From the sequence record MN871444.1: a DNA stretch of 64,000 nt; one strand, 5' to 3'. The notes below the pieces were generated by a model. That model ran no database searches, had not been told where the DNA came from, and saw nothing but the letters and a program-made list of their open reading frames with translations. A program made the position numbers and the translations under genes. Shown here in pieces: positions 7,631 through 17,675 of the stretch (position 1 is its first letter; each line of letters begins with the position of its first letter).

Positions 7631-9715
7631 ATGTCCACAAAAGTAGTGAAAAAGAAACTCACGGATTTACCCGTATACACCCCAGATGACACTAGTTCGG
7701 GGTCTTTGCATTATCGTGAAGGAACGACAGATTATCAGCTACCGCTTAGTAAATTAACGTTACTGGGTTCGCTGACATCTGACGATGGATTTAAACTTAT
7801 CGGTCAAGCACCCAGTTATGCCGTACTTCAGACTATTGTTCCTACTTATGCCGGTCAGCGTATTTTGTTATCGGCCTATCATGATGGTGGCATTACTGGC
7901 GGCGGTGAATTTATGGCGGTGTCGGGGAATGCCACCGACAATGGCGGCACCATATGTGTGCCAACTAATTCAAATGGTCTTTATTGGACCCGCGTATTCA
8001 ATGGGAATCGAGTACACGTCGATTGGTTTGGGGCGGACCCAACCGCAAATACTTACTCATCAGATGCATTTAGAATGGCTTTATCCGCATCCAAATTCAT
8101 CGAATTACAAGGAAGTTATAAATACGGTGGTTCTTCAATAAATCTTGGTGATTTTGATATAAAAGGGAATGGCTCTACCGTAACCCTAGATTCAGGTACC
8201 ACTTGGTTTGTTTGTACTGGGACCATCCGTCGCCCTTGGGCAACGGACTTATATCTATACGGTGGTAAGTCTTTTTTTGATTTTTCAGGCGCGACGGCAA
8301 ATTCATATACGGATGTTAGGGGGTTCAAAAACATAAATATGCAGGGGTACACTGGCACGGCTATCAGACTACCAACGCTAGACTGCCCGTGGTGGTTAGT
8401 AGAAGATAATGTTTTTGCTGGAGCAACAAATTCGGGCACGATTGGTTTATGGGATAATGGTTCGGACAACAATATTGTCCGAGGAAATAAGTTTTATAAA
8501 AACCAATATCACATATCCACGCGCGCGGGTTCTGGGACATACCTTATCGCCGAAAACGATTTCGGTCAGTTTAATACCGTCGGGAATACCGTATCTCGCG
8601 CAAATATTTGGGTTCGAGTTCCAACCACGACCCCAGCATTTAGTGGGGTGACTACCATGTTTCTTGTTCAAAATAATAAATTCGGTAATGAAAATGAACT
8701 GGAACTTGATGTAAAGCTTTTATTTGCTAATGCCGGAAGCGATGATTTCCCTGATTATGTAAATTATTCTGGTAGTTTGTCGGCATCCCACTTTATCTTT
8801 ACCGAAAACTTTTATTTATCCAATGGATCGCACCCCACCCATTGGATGCGTAGCGTTGGTGGTTGGTTACCCCAAACATTTACCCTAGAAAATGAAAATC
8901 TTCAATATAGCGACATATTCCATGGGAAATATTTTTGTTATATTGATAATGTCACGCGCACTACACCGTACTCAATTTACGTCAAGCGAAAAGCGGCGCG
9001 AGATAGCCAGGTATTATGGCGAGGTACTGTTTCTAATGATCCTCTTGTTACATTTTCTCTTATTGATCCATCGTTGTCTATTGCCGCAGGCGACCCCTGG
9101 ACCCATTCTCCCTATTCGGCCGGGATTGGGTGTGGCACTAAGGATATAACGAAAGTATTAATATCGGCCGCTACATATGCGGGTACCGGCATGAGTACCC
9201 AATCAGCCACGGATTTCGTGGGGGCAAAGGAAGCAATACAGGGAAATTATTCTACTAGGTACAATAACATTTTTCAACCATTAAATGTGGTTTCGGCGTA
9301 TCAGCCGGGCTACATTCAAGGTGAGGCGAAAATAGCTGACGATGCAACCTTCGACAGTGCCGTATATCTTATCGACTATGCCGCATCCACCGCAGAAACA
9401 ACCATTTACAATCAATTTCCTATACAACTACGAAAAGGAGTATGGACTAGTTTTTGTTTTCCAGTAATGTTCGTATCCGGAAATGCTAATCACTGCGTAG
9501 TTTATAAACCGAACACCCAGGACACTACCAGTTACCCAAACAAGGTAATATGGTCTAGATGTCGAGCTTATCTCGGGAGAACTCCTGGTTTAGTCGGGGT
9601 TCAGCGAATGGGTGGGCTAATGTTAACCGAGGTCCCTACTTCATCCACAGGCCTTATTTCGGGACAAATATGGGTGGACACCACGGCAGGTAATGTATTG
9701 AAAATAGTTTCGTGA
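7631..9715 (+). CDS. Tailspike/depolymerase with beta-helix
   Basis: Shared anchor; AGQRILLSAYHDGGITGGGEF...DNGGTI...WTRV domain; VDWFGADP...SSDAFRMA helix start. Confidence 0.8.
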   Translation: MSTKVVKKKLTDLPVYTPDDTSSGSLHYREGTTDYQLPLSKLTLLGSLTSDDGFKLIGQAPSYAVLQTIVPTYAGQRILLSAYHDGGITGGGEFMAVSGNATDNGGTICVPTNSNGLYWTRVFNGNRVHVDWFGADPTANTYSSDAFRMALSASKFIELQGSYKYGGSSINLGDFDIKGNGSTVTLDSGTTWFVCTGTIRRPWATDLYLYGGKSFFDFSGATANSYTDVRGFKNINMQGYTGTAIRLPTLDCPWWLVEDNVFAGATNSGTIGLWDNGSDNNIVRGNKFYKNQYHISTRAGSGTYLIAENDFGQFNTVGNTVSRANIWVRVPTTTPAFSGVTTMFLVQNNKFGNENELELDVKLLFANAGSDDFPDYVNYSGSLSASHFIFTENFYLSNGSHPTHWMRSVGGWLPQTFTLENENLQYSDIFHGKYFCYIDNVTRTTPYSIYVKRKAARDSQVLWRGTVSNDPLVTFSLIDPSLSIAAGDPWTHSPYSAGIGCGTKDITKVLISAATYAGTGMSTQSATDFVGAKEAIQGNYSTRYNNIFQPLNVVSAYQPGYIQGEAKIADDATFDSAVYLIDYAASTAETTIYNQFPIQLRKGVWTSFCFPVMFVSGNANHCVVYKPNTQDTTSYPNKVIWSRCRAYLGRTPGLVGVQRMGGLMLTEVPTSSTGLISGQIWVDTTAGNVLKIVS

Positions 9716-9723
9716 CGTTGTCT

Positions 9724-9745
9724 GGGTGGGGGAAAACCCCACCCC
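9724..9745 (+). terminator. GC hairpin followed by TATGCCG
   Basis: GGGTGGGG-GAAAA-CCCCACCC then TCTTATGCCGTC. Confidence 0.75.
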
Positions 9746-9783
9746 TCTTATGCCGTCCATTATAAATAAAAAAATATCACGCC

Positions 9784-9792
9784 TATATTACT
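9784..9792 (+). promoter_or_regulatory. phiKZ-type early promoter motif TATATTAC(T)
   Basis: Exact intergenic motif ~50 bp upstream of 9841. Confidence 0.7.
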
Positions 9793-9840
9793 GTACTGAC
9801 GTACGGTTCTTTCTTTTATTTAACGGGATAAGTAATAAAA

Positions 9841-10344
9841 ATGAAACTAGCTATTGTAAGTGTAATGGTTATGTCTTTTGGATTAGTCGGCTGTAACGCA
9901 AATACGGATGCCACTATTACGCAAACCGGTAAAGTAATATCAATAGCAACGTGTACCAAAACCCAATGCGAAGCGCTGGTAGCGGTAAATGGGGGTGACT
10001 GGGAATACAGTATCGTGGATGCTGCGGTTACTACCAATACTGTTGTAACTCGTACCTGTGTTGAAGAAGATGGGTATCAGCGGTGCTCCCCGATATGGGA
10101 GTCTACTGGTAAAAAGACAGCAAGTGAAGTTATGCTGCATCGTAATATTGAAGCAACAAAACCAGAGACAATTATTATAAATTCTGGCAACCCAAACCAC
10201 GCAACGTCACGCAATCAAAAACACCATGACTTCATGGTGCAGGTAGCTAATGATGCTAATTTCGCTGCGAAGTATCACGTGGAACAACGTATCGCTCGAG
10301 ATTATCTTGCGGCTGATGCTGCAGCTGGATTATATCAAAATTAG
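9841..10344 (+). CDS. Putative lipoprotein
   Basis: Signal peptide with lipobox LVGC. Confidence 0.65.
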   Translation: MKLAIVSVMVMSFGLVGCNANTDATITQTGKVISIATCTKTQCEALVAVNGGDWEYSIVDAAVTTNTVVTRTCVEEDGYQRCSPIWESTGKKTASEVMLHRNIEATKPETIIINSGNPNHATSRNQKHHDFMVQVANDANFAAKYHVEQRIARDYLAADAAAGLYQN

Positions 10345-10354
10345 TGAGGTAAGT

Positions 10355-10702
10355 ATGAAACCATTAGAGCCGGGGTGTTTGGCCATAATTATAAAAGGCA
10401 TGAGCGTAGGGCAGGTTGTTACGGTACTACGCTATATGGCCGCCGGAGCGCGTGCCGACTGGTTTGTTAAATCTGACGGCATTACATTTACATGTGAGTC
10501 CACCTGCAATGGGCCGGGAAACTGGTTAATTGAAGGGGTCCCTGGGGCATTCATACGCGGAAAACGCCCGGACGTATGCGCTGTGTCGGCCGGGTCGGTG
10601 GTTGGCTCTGCTATCTTTGATCAGGAATATTTAATGCGCATAGATGGATTTGATTCCGAAGAACACCAAACAAAAACCAGCAATTTATTATTGCAGGAGT
10701 AA
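10355..10702 (+). CDS. Hypothetical protein (MKPLEPGCLA family)
   Basis: GAGGT RBS with ATG 10355; paralog of 10709 and 31276. Confidence 0.7.
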   Translation: MKPLEPGCLAIIIKGMSVGQVVTVLRYMAAGARADWFVKSDGITFTCESTCNGPGNWLIEGVPGAFIRGKRPDVCAVSAGSVVGSAIFDQEYLMRIDGFDSEEHQTKTSNLLLQE

Positions 10703-10708
10703 CTGGCC

Positions 10709-11125
10709 ATGAAACCGCTAGAACCTGGCTGTCTTGCGCTCATGACCATAGGCGATAACTGTGGTACCGTAGTCACCTGCTTGGAAAAAATATCACCACC
10801 CAAACTGGTGAACGTACGTTATCGCGGGGTTGTACAGCACGACGTACCGTTGGCAGTTTCTGATATCGATGCCGATGGGTTGGTGTGGGCAGTTAGTGGG
10901 AATATTAAAGCTAACTGTGGTTATCGGGGGGACAACGTCATTGAGATTTATGCTGGGAATTTGGCCTGCAACGGGCTTTACCCAAGTAAATGGTTAATGC
11001 GCTTAGATGACGATTCCGACGTTAAGGGAGAGTCTAATCCGTATGATAATTTCTTCCATCAAGTAAAATCGCAGCCGTTACATGAATTCATAAGGTCATG
11101 TCCCATTCTTAAGGTAAAACCATGA
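10709..11125 (+). CDS. Hypothetical protein (MKPLEPGCLA family)
   Basis: Same first 10 aa as 10355 and LMRLD motif. Confidence 0.7.
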   Translation: MKPLEPGCLALMTIGDNCGTVVTCLEKISPPKLVNVRYRGVVQHDVPLAVSDIDADGLVWAVSGNIKANCGYRGDNVIEIYAGNLACNGLYPSKWLMRLDDDSDVKGESNPYDNFFHQVKSQPLHEFIRSCPILKVKP

Positions 11126-11859
11126 GTAAAAAACAAAACAATGTCGGACCAAACGGACGTTCAGTGTTAAGTCTACGTCCATTGGAAAAGAAAGCAGAAA
11201 AAACTCTAGATGATGTTTCGGATCGACTAACTAAACACATTCAGAATACAGTAACCCCACACACCCAGGATACAGGAACCTCGATTCAACCACCGTCAGA
11301 TCTTCCCCCAACCGACAAAACCGAACCATCACCGGTGGTGGCGTGGGACCAGATAACAACCGTTCCCGAAAAGTTTTCGCCAGGACTGCGGGGTAGTTTA
11401 TTGGACCGGCCTGAAACTGAATCCCTACCGCCCTTCACACCCCCAGTCAAGATTGAGCCGGAAGTTACCGCACCACAACCAATCGGATATATTTATGTTA
11501 TCATCCATAAAGCTTCGGTGGTCGTGTTTGAGATTCCACGTGAATTGGACCCGGGGCGGATTAAATCGATTATAACGAGCGCACTAACCGGTGGCGAACT
11601 CGGTTTGGATGTGGTTGGTGGCTATGCGACTTTGCATATGCAGAATACCCGTGAATTGGTTTCAGTTAAGCACGTGCTGGACACCAAAGTAGAGGCCTTA
11701 AACGGCTGCTACCACATTTGGTCTAAAGCCGTGGCGGAAGCGGTTATCACTGATATGGTTGCTACTGGCCAGTGGGTTAAACTACCGACCAACTATATGG
11801 GTTCGGTGGATGACAAAGAACTGTGTCCCATGTTGCGGTTCAAACATATAGGGGGTTAG
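11122..11859 (+). CDS. Hypothetical protein, Pro-rich N-terminal half
   Basis: Long ORF coupled to upstream gene. Confidence 0.65.
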   Translation: MSKKQNNVGPNGRSVLSLRPLEKKAEKTLDDVSDRLTKHIQNTVTPHTQDTGTSIQPPSDLPPTDKTEPSPVVAWDQITTVPEKFSPGLRGSLLDRPETESLPPFTPPVKIEPEVTAPQPIGYIYVIIHKASVVVFEIPRELDPGRIKSIITSALTGGELGLDVVGGYATLHMQNTRELVSVKHVLDTKVEALNGCYHIWSKAVAEAVITDMVATGQWVKLPTNYMGSVDDKELCPMLRFKHIGG

Positions 11860-11860
11860 C

Positions 11861-12019
11861 ATGCCTTCTGTCAGCAAAAAACAGCATGCATTGATGAATG
11901 CCGTAGCACACTCGAAAGAGTTTGCTAAAAAGGTTGGTATTCCGCAATCGGTAGGTGAGGAATTTGTTGCCGCCGATGAAAAGAAAGCCAAAAAGAAAAA
12001 CGGCTCTAAGAAGTGGTAA
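11861..12019 (+). CDS. Small basic phage protein (52 aa, not in ORF track)
   Basis: MPSVSKKQHALMNAVAHSKEFAKKVGIPQSVGEEF resembles a recurrent small phage family; fills the gap before the hairpin. Confidence 0.7.
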   Translation: MPSVSKKQHALMNAVAHSKEFAKKVGIPQSVGEEFVAADEKKAKKKNGSKKW

Positions 12020-12024
12020 ATCCT

Positions 12025-12045
12025 GGGAGGGCAAAAAGCCCTCCC
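12025..12045 (+). terminator. GC hairpin followed by TATGCCG
   Basis: GGGAGGGC-AAAAA-GCCCTCCC then AAATATGCCG. Confidence 0.75.
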
Positions 12046-12108
12046 AAATATGCCGTACATTTTTTACGGATGGTTTTGATATTCTGTAATCTAGCCGGAG
12101 TAATACAA

Positions 12109-13359
12109 ATGACAGAAGAGATAACGTACAACGAAGAGATTGAAAACTTCTATCTGGATGAATTGATCCGCATGCCCGACGGACGGTTCACCGAAGCTGA
12201 ATTGTGCTTGCTAACCCAGTGGTTAGCAAAACACGCAGCGGATATCGACGCCAACACCATCATGGCATCAGACGACTGGTTGGTGTTGGGTGAACGTAGT
12301 CGATACGTGCAACGCGGTGGTTGGATTGCCGAGGGGTATAATCCACGACTGCTTTCTGCTTTCTTCAACATCGTTCGTGGCGAAGGTATCTCGCCCATCC
12401 ACGATAGCCCGGATAACTGGATAGATGATAGTGATACTCCTTATCTTAGCGGGTCTGGTCACCACAAACATTTTCCAGCCATCAAATACCGCACTACTGC
12501 GGACGGCGTAATCAGAACGTGGCCATTCGGCGCGTTGCGTGCATTCCCCAGCCGCAATCATTACGTCTGGCATACGGTGTGGACTCATACTAACCCAGCG
12601 CCGGAATTTCCATTTGACCCGTTAACCCGCCCGGAAGTAACTTTCTTTACCGATCAAAGCATGATTGAAGAACTCCAACTGGGGTTTGGCGGTAGCCCAG
12701 CTCAGTGGCTGTCCGATCGTTTTCTTCGTTTATGCCGGGGGTACATAAATGACAAGGGTGGTATCCCGATTGCCAATCGGGTTGGTACGTACCAAGCCAT
12801 CGTCATTGTCCGTAAAACGATGTACGAGTTAATCGATGAAGGGCATTTCCAAACAACCGAATCCAGGGAAGAATTCATGGCAATGATGTTGAACGCCATG
12901 CTGATGGAAATCCCCGAAGAGGAGCTATCAAACACCCCACTGAAGACAGTGTATGACAAGCTGGGTTCTCCTCGGTTATCCCGCCAGGCGTGGGGTAAGC
13001 TGCTGGCGGTTATTTCCAGGCTGCCGGCGGGTTTGCGAATTGAAGGTAATGGGATGGTGAGCGCTGCTGTTACTAATGCGACGTACGACATCACCATCAA
13101 CCCGGTGATGTTTTATGTTGATAAAGTGGATGGGGTGCACGTATTATCGGAAGGTAACTTCAAAGAACACGGTAAAATGTATACACTGGAAGTAAACAAC
13201 CGTTCGATACCTACCCACTTCCCTCCGTTTACTCAATTCAAGATTGATGTCGACAGTTATCAACTTGAACCGTTTACTTACCTCGGACCCGCTTATTCGG
13301 TCACTGCAGAACCCCACCCCGTCTTTAAGGGTAAATTACTCGACGCTTGGCCTTGGTAA
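12109..13359 (+). CDS. Hypothetical protein
   Basis: GGAG RBS with ATG 12109; 416 aa ORF. Confidence 0.7.
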   Translation: MTEEITYNEEIENFYLDELIRMPDGRFTEAELCLLTQWLAKHAADIDANTIMASDDWLVLGERSRYVQRGGWIAEGYNPRLLSAFFNIVRGEGISPIHDSPDNWIDDSDTPYLSGSGHHKHFPAIKYRTTADGVIRTWPFGALRAFPSRNHYVWHTVWTHTNPAPEFPFDPLTRPEVTFFTDQSMIEELQLGFGGSPAQWLSDRFLRLCRGYINDKGGIPIANRVGTYQAIVIVRKTMYELIDEGHFQTTESREEFMAMMLNAMLMEIPEEELSNTPLKTVYDKLGSPRLSRQAWGKLLAVISRLPAGLRIEGNGMVSAAVTNATYDITINPVMFYVDKVDGVHVLSEGNFKEHGKMYTLEVNNRSIPTHFPPFTQFKIDVDSYQLEPFTYLGPAYSVTAEPHPVFKGKLLDAWPW

Positions 13360-13420
13360 TTTACAGTAACATCGTTGTAGTTGTATTTATTTCACATTCA
13401 GACATATAAAGGAAACCATC

Positions 13421-13798
13421 ATGACTTACGCTCGCGACGCACTTCTCAAACAAGCACACAACTGCGCTATTGATATCGCATCCGATCCGGATATCTCCAC
13501 CGTGGAAAAATGCCACACGGTGGTCCAGTCTGTATTTGATATCATCGATGGCAAAACAACCGAATTCCCGCAGTGCGACCTGGTAGTCAATTTGACCCCT
13601 ACCAACAATACTGCGATCGATGCGTTCTTCCAAGAGCACTTTGTTGCTGGTGATATCGTCAATGCTGACCGTGATCTGGGCGCCAGTTATCTTCATTTAG
13701 TGGCCGAAGCCGCCTCTGCGATTGCCGATGACGGTGACGACGAAGATGGCCCGTCGTCAACTGGCGATGACTTCCAAGACGAAGAAATCCCATTCTGA
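13421..13798 (+). CDS. Acidic hypothetical protein
   Basis: AAGGA RBS; acidic tail ending EEIPF. Confidence 0.65.
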   Translation: MTYARDALLKQAHNCAIDIASDPDISTVEKCHTVVQSVFDIIDGKTTEFPQCDLVVNLTPTNNTAIDAFFQEHFVAGDIVNADRDLGASYLHLVAEAASAIADDGDDEDGPSSTGDDFQDEEIPF

Positions 13799-13876
13799 TA
13801 ATAACGCGGCTCTCCCAGGTATTTTAGTACCTGGGAAGCTAAAGATATACTCTGTGTCATTATCAGGATAGTTATT

Positions 13877-14545
13877 ATGGAACCAGCATTAACTGTACCA
13901 CTATTCACCATGGACATGATAAACGCTATCAACGAGCCGCAGTTGATGGTCGATTTAGAAACCATGGGAGTTACCACCAGAGCCCCAATTGTGGCGATTG
14001 CCGCCGTGCTTTTCATCCCCCAAACCGGGGAGGTACTGGATAAGTTTTATATCAAAATTGATTTAACTACCAGCGTTCAAGCCGGGGCGTTACTTGACCC
14101 AGAAACCGTTAAATTCTGGCTGGCGCAATCCGATGACGCCCGCAAAGAAATTTGGGGTACCGTCGGACGTAATGATGATGTCTTTGCGCTGGACTATGCG
14201 TTACGTGAATTCGGTCAATTTGTCCAACGTTCTCAACCCAGACCAAATGCGTTAAAGCATTGGGCAAACGGGGCGAACTTCGATCCGCCGATCCTCGATA
14301 CCGCCTACCAGTCTCTCGGCCTGAGGTCACCGCTGGCCTTCTGGAAATCGCTGGACGTCAGAACCATCGTGGAATTGGGGCGTCAAATCGGTATCAACCC
14401 AAAACAGGAGTTGAATCCGCTGGGTACTCCACATAAGGCGATGGCTGATTGTTTGATGCAGTGCGAGTACGTCTCCAATATATGGCAGACACTTCTCGCT
14501 CCACACATTCGGCAATATGCCCTACCCCCACGTAATACAAGGTAA
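13877..14545 (+). CDS. 3'-5' exonuclease (DEDDh; RNase AS/ExoVIII-like)
   Basis: MVDLETMG, WANGANFDPPIL, DVRTI and HKAMADC motifs. Confidence 0.85.
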   Translation: MEPALTVPLFTMDMINAINEPQLMVDLETMGVTTRAPIVAIAAVLFIPQTGEVLDKFYIKIDLTTSVQAGALLDPETVKFWLAQSDDARKEIWGTVGRNDDVFALDYALREFGQFVQRSQPRPNALKHWANGANFDPPILDTAYQSLGLRSPLAFWKSLDVRTIVELGRQIGINPKQELNPLGTPHKAMADCLMQCEYVSNIWQTLLAPHIRQYALPPRNTR

Positions 14546-14550
14546 TCGTA

Positions 14551-15111
14551 ATGGAAATGTATACCCGTAAAGAAGATTATTGGGCGATGTTGGCCAGCAC
14601 TGTAACTGACCCTATTCTCTCTCCGGTCTATAAAGCCATCGCGTCATCCGTTGCTTACTTCAGTAACGTGTGCGTTCGGATGAACGCGATCGAATATGAT
14701 CTGTCGGCGCATACTGAGTTTTCGATGGAATACGCTTTCGGGGACCCGACAATGCAGCCGCCATCGCGGTATCCTTACGCAAGCATCCGGCTGGTCACTG
14801 AACCCAGTGACGAGACAATCGAACATTCTACGGAAGCCGAAGTAGCAGATGCCTGGCGCCTGGTTACTGCGGAGAACACGCATCTCTCATTCGGTTATAG
14901 TCCGCTGTTTATTTTTTATCGACACATGGTAAAAAACGGCCTGGCGCATCTCAATGCAAAAGTTCACGAGAATGCTACTGGGCTGACTTTGCAGTGGATG
15001 CTATCTAGCGGTGCCCGGGTAGTGATGGAGTATAATAACGTCCAAATGCAGGCCTGGTGGGCGGAATGTAATGGTGAAAACGCCGCTGTGTCGGATTCAC
15101 TTCAAAACTAA
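14551..15111 (+). CDS. Hypothetical protein
   Basis: ORF in co-directional array. Confidence 0.6.
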   Translation: MEMYTRKEDYWAMLASTVTDPILSPVYKAIASSVAYFSNVCVRMNAIEYDLSAHTEFSMEYAFGDPTMQPPSRYPYASIRLVTEPSDETIEHSTEAEVADAWRLVTAENTHLSFGYSPLFIFYRHMVKNGLAHLNAKVHENATGLTLQWMLSSGARVVMEYNNVQMQAWWAECNGENAAVSDSLQN

Positions 15112-15137
15112 TCGTCATGTAACTGTGGAGACTTATC

Positions 15138-15704
15138 GTGAATACCAACTTGCTACTGAGTCATCTGTTTGCAATGCATCCATATAAACTCTGTATTGAT
15201 GTAGATATGCACCGCCGAGATAAGGATAGTTTAGCTTCGTATTTGCGTTACTCCACAGTTCCGGGTAGTGAGGTGAACACCATCTTACAGGGTGATACCT
15301 ACGCCATGGTCGCAGTTGATTGGCACGTTGGTCGCGGTGAGTACGCGCATTACGAAGTATGGGCTGCTACGTTACATGAGGCACTCACAGCAACCATCAA
15401 TCACCTTCAAGCCTTCGGGGTGGAATCTGATACTCTGGTCGATGTTACTGCCGGGGATGGGTTGGATGCACTTCTACCCAGATGTAAGCGAGGTCTGTCC
15501 ATTTGTCGTTGGGATTTCACCCACACGGCAGGGTGTGATAAGTGGGATGTGCTTCACGAGTATGGGGATGAACTATCGGCCGAATTACTGGAGGATATCC
15601 TTGAAACAAATTGTTTCGTGGATGTGGACTTCGGTGTAGTAGGTACCCGCAATCGCGGGGTCGAGTTAGGTTCTTCTCTGGACGTTCTGATAGAAAACGT
15701 ATAA
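15138..15704 (+). CDS. Hypothetical protein
   Basis: GGAG RBS, GTG start. Confidence 0.6.
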   Translation: MNTNLLLSHLFAMHPYKLCIDVDMHRRDKDSLASYLRYSTVPGSEVNTILQGDTYAMVAVDWHVGRGEYAHYEVWAATLHEALTATINHLQAFGVESDTLVDVTAGDGLDALLPRCKRGLSICRWDFTHTAGCDKWDVLHEYGDELSAELLEDILETNCFVDVDFGVVGTRNRGVELGSSLDVLIENV

Positions 15705-15706
15705 TC

Positions 15707-15726
15707 GGGAGGGCGTTTGCCCTCCC
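15707..15726 (+). terminator. Hairpin GGGAGGGC-GTTT-GCCCTCCC + T tract
   Basis: Perfect 8-bp stem. Confidence 0.8.
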
Positions 15727-15742
15727 TTTATTTTTTGGAGAT

Positions 15743-16081
15743 ATGAAAATGGGTTTATATGTGCGTGATGCATTAGCTGCGGAAGTTGCCAACAGTATCG
15801 CTAGTCAACATGATGGCTATGAAGAATTGAACGAATTGCCAAGTGTGTTTGCTCAGTCGATTGCAACGTTTGCTGTGCAACAAGTACTCCCTACCGAGGA
15901 ACAGCTTACCGAGTGTAGCAAAGTTGCAATCAATTTGGTTAAACTACTGGGTAGTGATGCAAACCCAGACAACCCAGATGCGGTTCAGGTGGTAGCGGAT
16001 GCAATTACTCAAACCATGTTCCCGTATTTCAAACCACTGGAACAAGACCAAACCAAAGGTTTTGAATTACCGGATGTCTAA
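15743..16081 (+). CDS. Hypothetical protein
   Basis: GGAG RBS; start shortened from the 15611 track ORF (15749 also possible). Confidence 0.6.
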   Translation: MKMGLYVRDALAAEVANSIASQHDGYEELNELPSVFAQSIATFAVQQVLPTEEQLTECSKVAINLVKLLGSDANPDNPDAVQVVADAITQTMFPYFKPLEQDQTKGFELPDV

Positions 16082-16441
16082 ACCAGCTTCTTGCTTTTTG
16101 GCGAAGTGACCACCACCAAACAGTCTGACGAATATCCACATCACCAACCAGTAACGCCAAGACATCTTTAATCGATACCGGATGTTATCTCTTAAGGTAG
16201 CATCCGCATCTTTGCGTGATACAGTACCCACGGTGTACATGTAGTCGTGGACCGCAGCAGCCGGGAAGTAAAAGTAATAAGGAGGGTATAAGTTTTGGAT
16301 GAATCGAGGGATGCTAGCACCATCGGTGACAAATCCTTTTGGGATGGTCACCTCTGGGGTAACATAATCTTCAAGAAACTGAAACTGGTCTTCCTTTACT
16401 AAATATTTTACCGGCATATCAGCAAACTGAAATTCTGTCAT
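16067..16441 (-). CDS. DUF1353-family protein
   Basis: IPKGFVTDGASIPR...AAAVHDYMY signature. Confidence 0.8.
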   Translation of the reverse strand: MTEFQFADMPVKYLVKEDQFQFLEDYVTPEVTIPKGFVTDGASIPRFIQNLYPPYYFYFPAAAVHDYMYTVGTVSRKDADATLRDNIRYRLKMSWRYWLVMWIFVRLFGGGHFAKKQEAGLDIR

Positions 16442-16487
16442 TTTTTATTCCCCCCAAGTAAAGTGTGACACAAAATTCGCTAACCAC

Positions 16488-16874
16488 GTGAGTCTCTTAA
16501 CTATGAGTGAAACTATTCTTGGTGGTAAGACCTACCACACGGCTGTTTATTATGCACTACAGTCAGAAGTGTTGCAGCGCTTTTCTGATCGGGTTCTGCC
16601 CCTGGTGCGCATGAACAATAAGCCCATAGAAAAACTCCCCTTGGAAATTACGGGGGTCGCTTACGGGCTTATCAACAACATCCCGGTGTTGTATGTTGAA
16701 GTTCATGCCTACGGGAAACCTAAAGACGACGACAACACCAAAGTGGTTATCGTTTATAACCCGGGAAATTTATTGGATTATCTGACGGATGATGCAATCA
16801 CTTATAAGGGTGAAGTGTATTATGCCGGTGATAACTTCTGGCGGCTATGCGCCGAAGGAGAACGTCCATGGTAG
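16488..16874 (+). CDS. Hypothetical protein
   Basis: ORF divergent from the DUF1353 gene. Confidence 0.55.
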   Translation: MSLLTMSETILGGKTYHTAVYYALQSEVLQRFSDRVLPLVRMNNKPIEKLPLEITGVAYGLINNIPVLYVEVHAYGKPKDDDNTKVVIVYNPGNLLDYLTDDAITYKGEVYYAGDNFWRLCAEGERPW

Positions 16875-17248
16875 ATTCTATCTCTAAACCGTTAGCTCAG
16901 GAAGATGAAGCGCTTATCCAGGAGCTTTTGGAAAAACAGGCTGCCGAATATATCGTTGAAATAGTAAATGTAGCAGTGCCAGCCTTCCACAAAAATGCGG
17001 TCGTGGGTATGAGTCAAAAAGATTTTGCTCGTAGCCTGGCAGCTATCATGCATGCCGCAGTTTTTCCTCTAATGAAAGAGAAGCAAGACAGTGCTCTGAA
17101 ATTAGCCGATTGCTATGCCATGTTTAACGAACTGGCCGTATTGACTGGAGTAGTGCCTCCAGGTACTCCAGCAACCGCAAACCATCGCCGAGCTATCGGT
17201 GCATTCACCGCCGCGGTAGAAGCCATCAAACAAAAGGATGCGTCATGA
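16868..17248 (+). CDS. Hypothetical protein
   Basis: GGAG RBS, overlaps upstream stop. Confidence 0.6.
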   Translation: MVDSISKPLAQEDEALIQELLEKQAAEYIVEIVNVAVPAFHKNAVVGMSQKDFARSLAAIMHAAVFPLMKEKQDSALKLADCYAMFNELAVLTGVVPPGTPATANHRRAIGAFTAAVEAIKQKDAS

Positions 17249-17637
17249 GTCTTGAAGTTACTTATGGGGAATATAAAAAACCCCAGGTCGGCGTGAAATA
17301 CCCAGCCAGTGTTTGGGAAATCGCAAGTCCTTCCAAAACCCACATGTTCCGACATTTACGTAAGGTAGTTGCGGTATCATGTTTTAAGGGGGGTACTAAC
17401 GCAAAACAAGCAATGGATGTGATTGCGATTAAACGCATTGCCACTGGAGCCATTGACGGTAATACCGTGATGTGGGTCGAATATACCATCGATGGGATTT
17501 ATCGTCGGGTGTTAGTAAATACACCCCAATTAAAAACCTTTGAACCTTACTTCATTGACGGCAAAGTGACTGCTGAGGTCACGGCGACCCTATCGCCTGA
17601 GGGTATTTGGGTGTTCTACGATCGGGATGATGCCTGA
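17245..17637 (+). CDS. Hypothetical protein
   Basis: ATGA coupling. Confidence 0.6.
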   Translation: MSLEVTYGEYKKPQVGVKYPASVWEIASPSKTHMFRHLRKVVAVSCFKGGTNAKQAMDVIAIKRIATGAIDGNTVMWVEYTIDGIYRRVLVNTPQLKTFEPYFIDGKVTAEVTATLSPEGIWVFYDRDDA

Positions 17638-17675
17638 TACCCACGGCAGTCCGGCAGTTAAATGAGGGTGGTACT

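Noticed and set aside
7763-7770. CTGGGTTC in the 7631 gene at the equivalent LGS codons, as a possible third (shufflon) site
   Set aside because: Only 8 bp match and the AAAC half-site is missing; better explained by shared coding ancestry.
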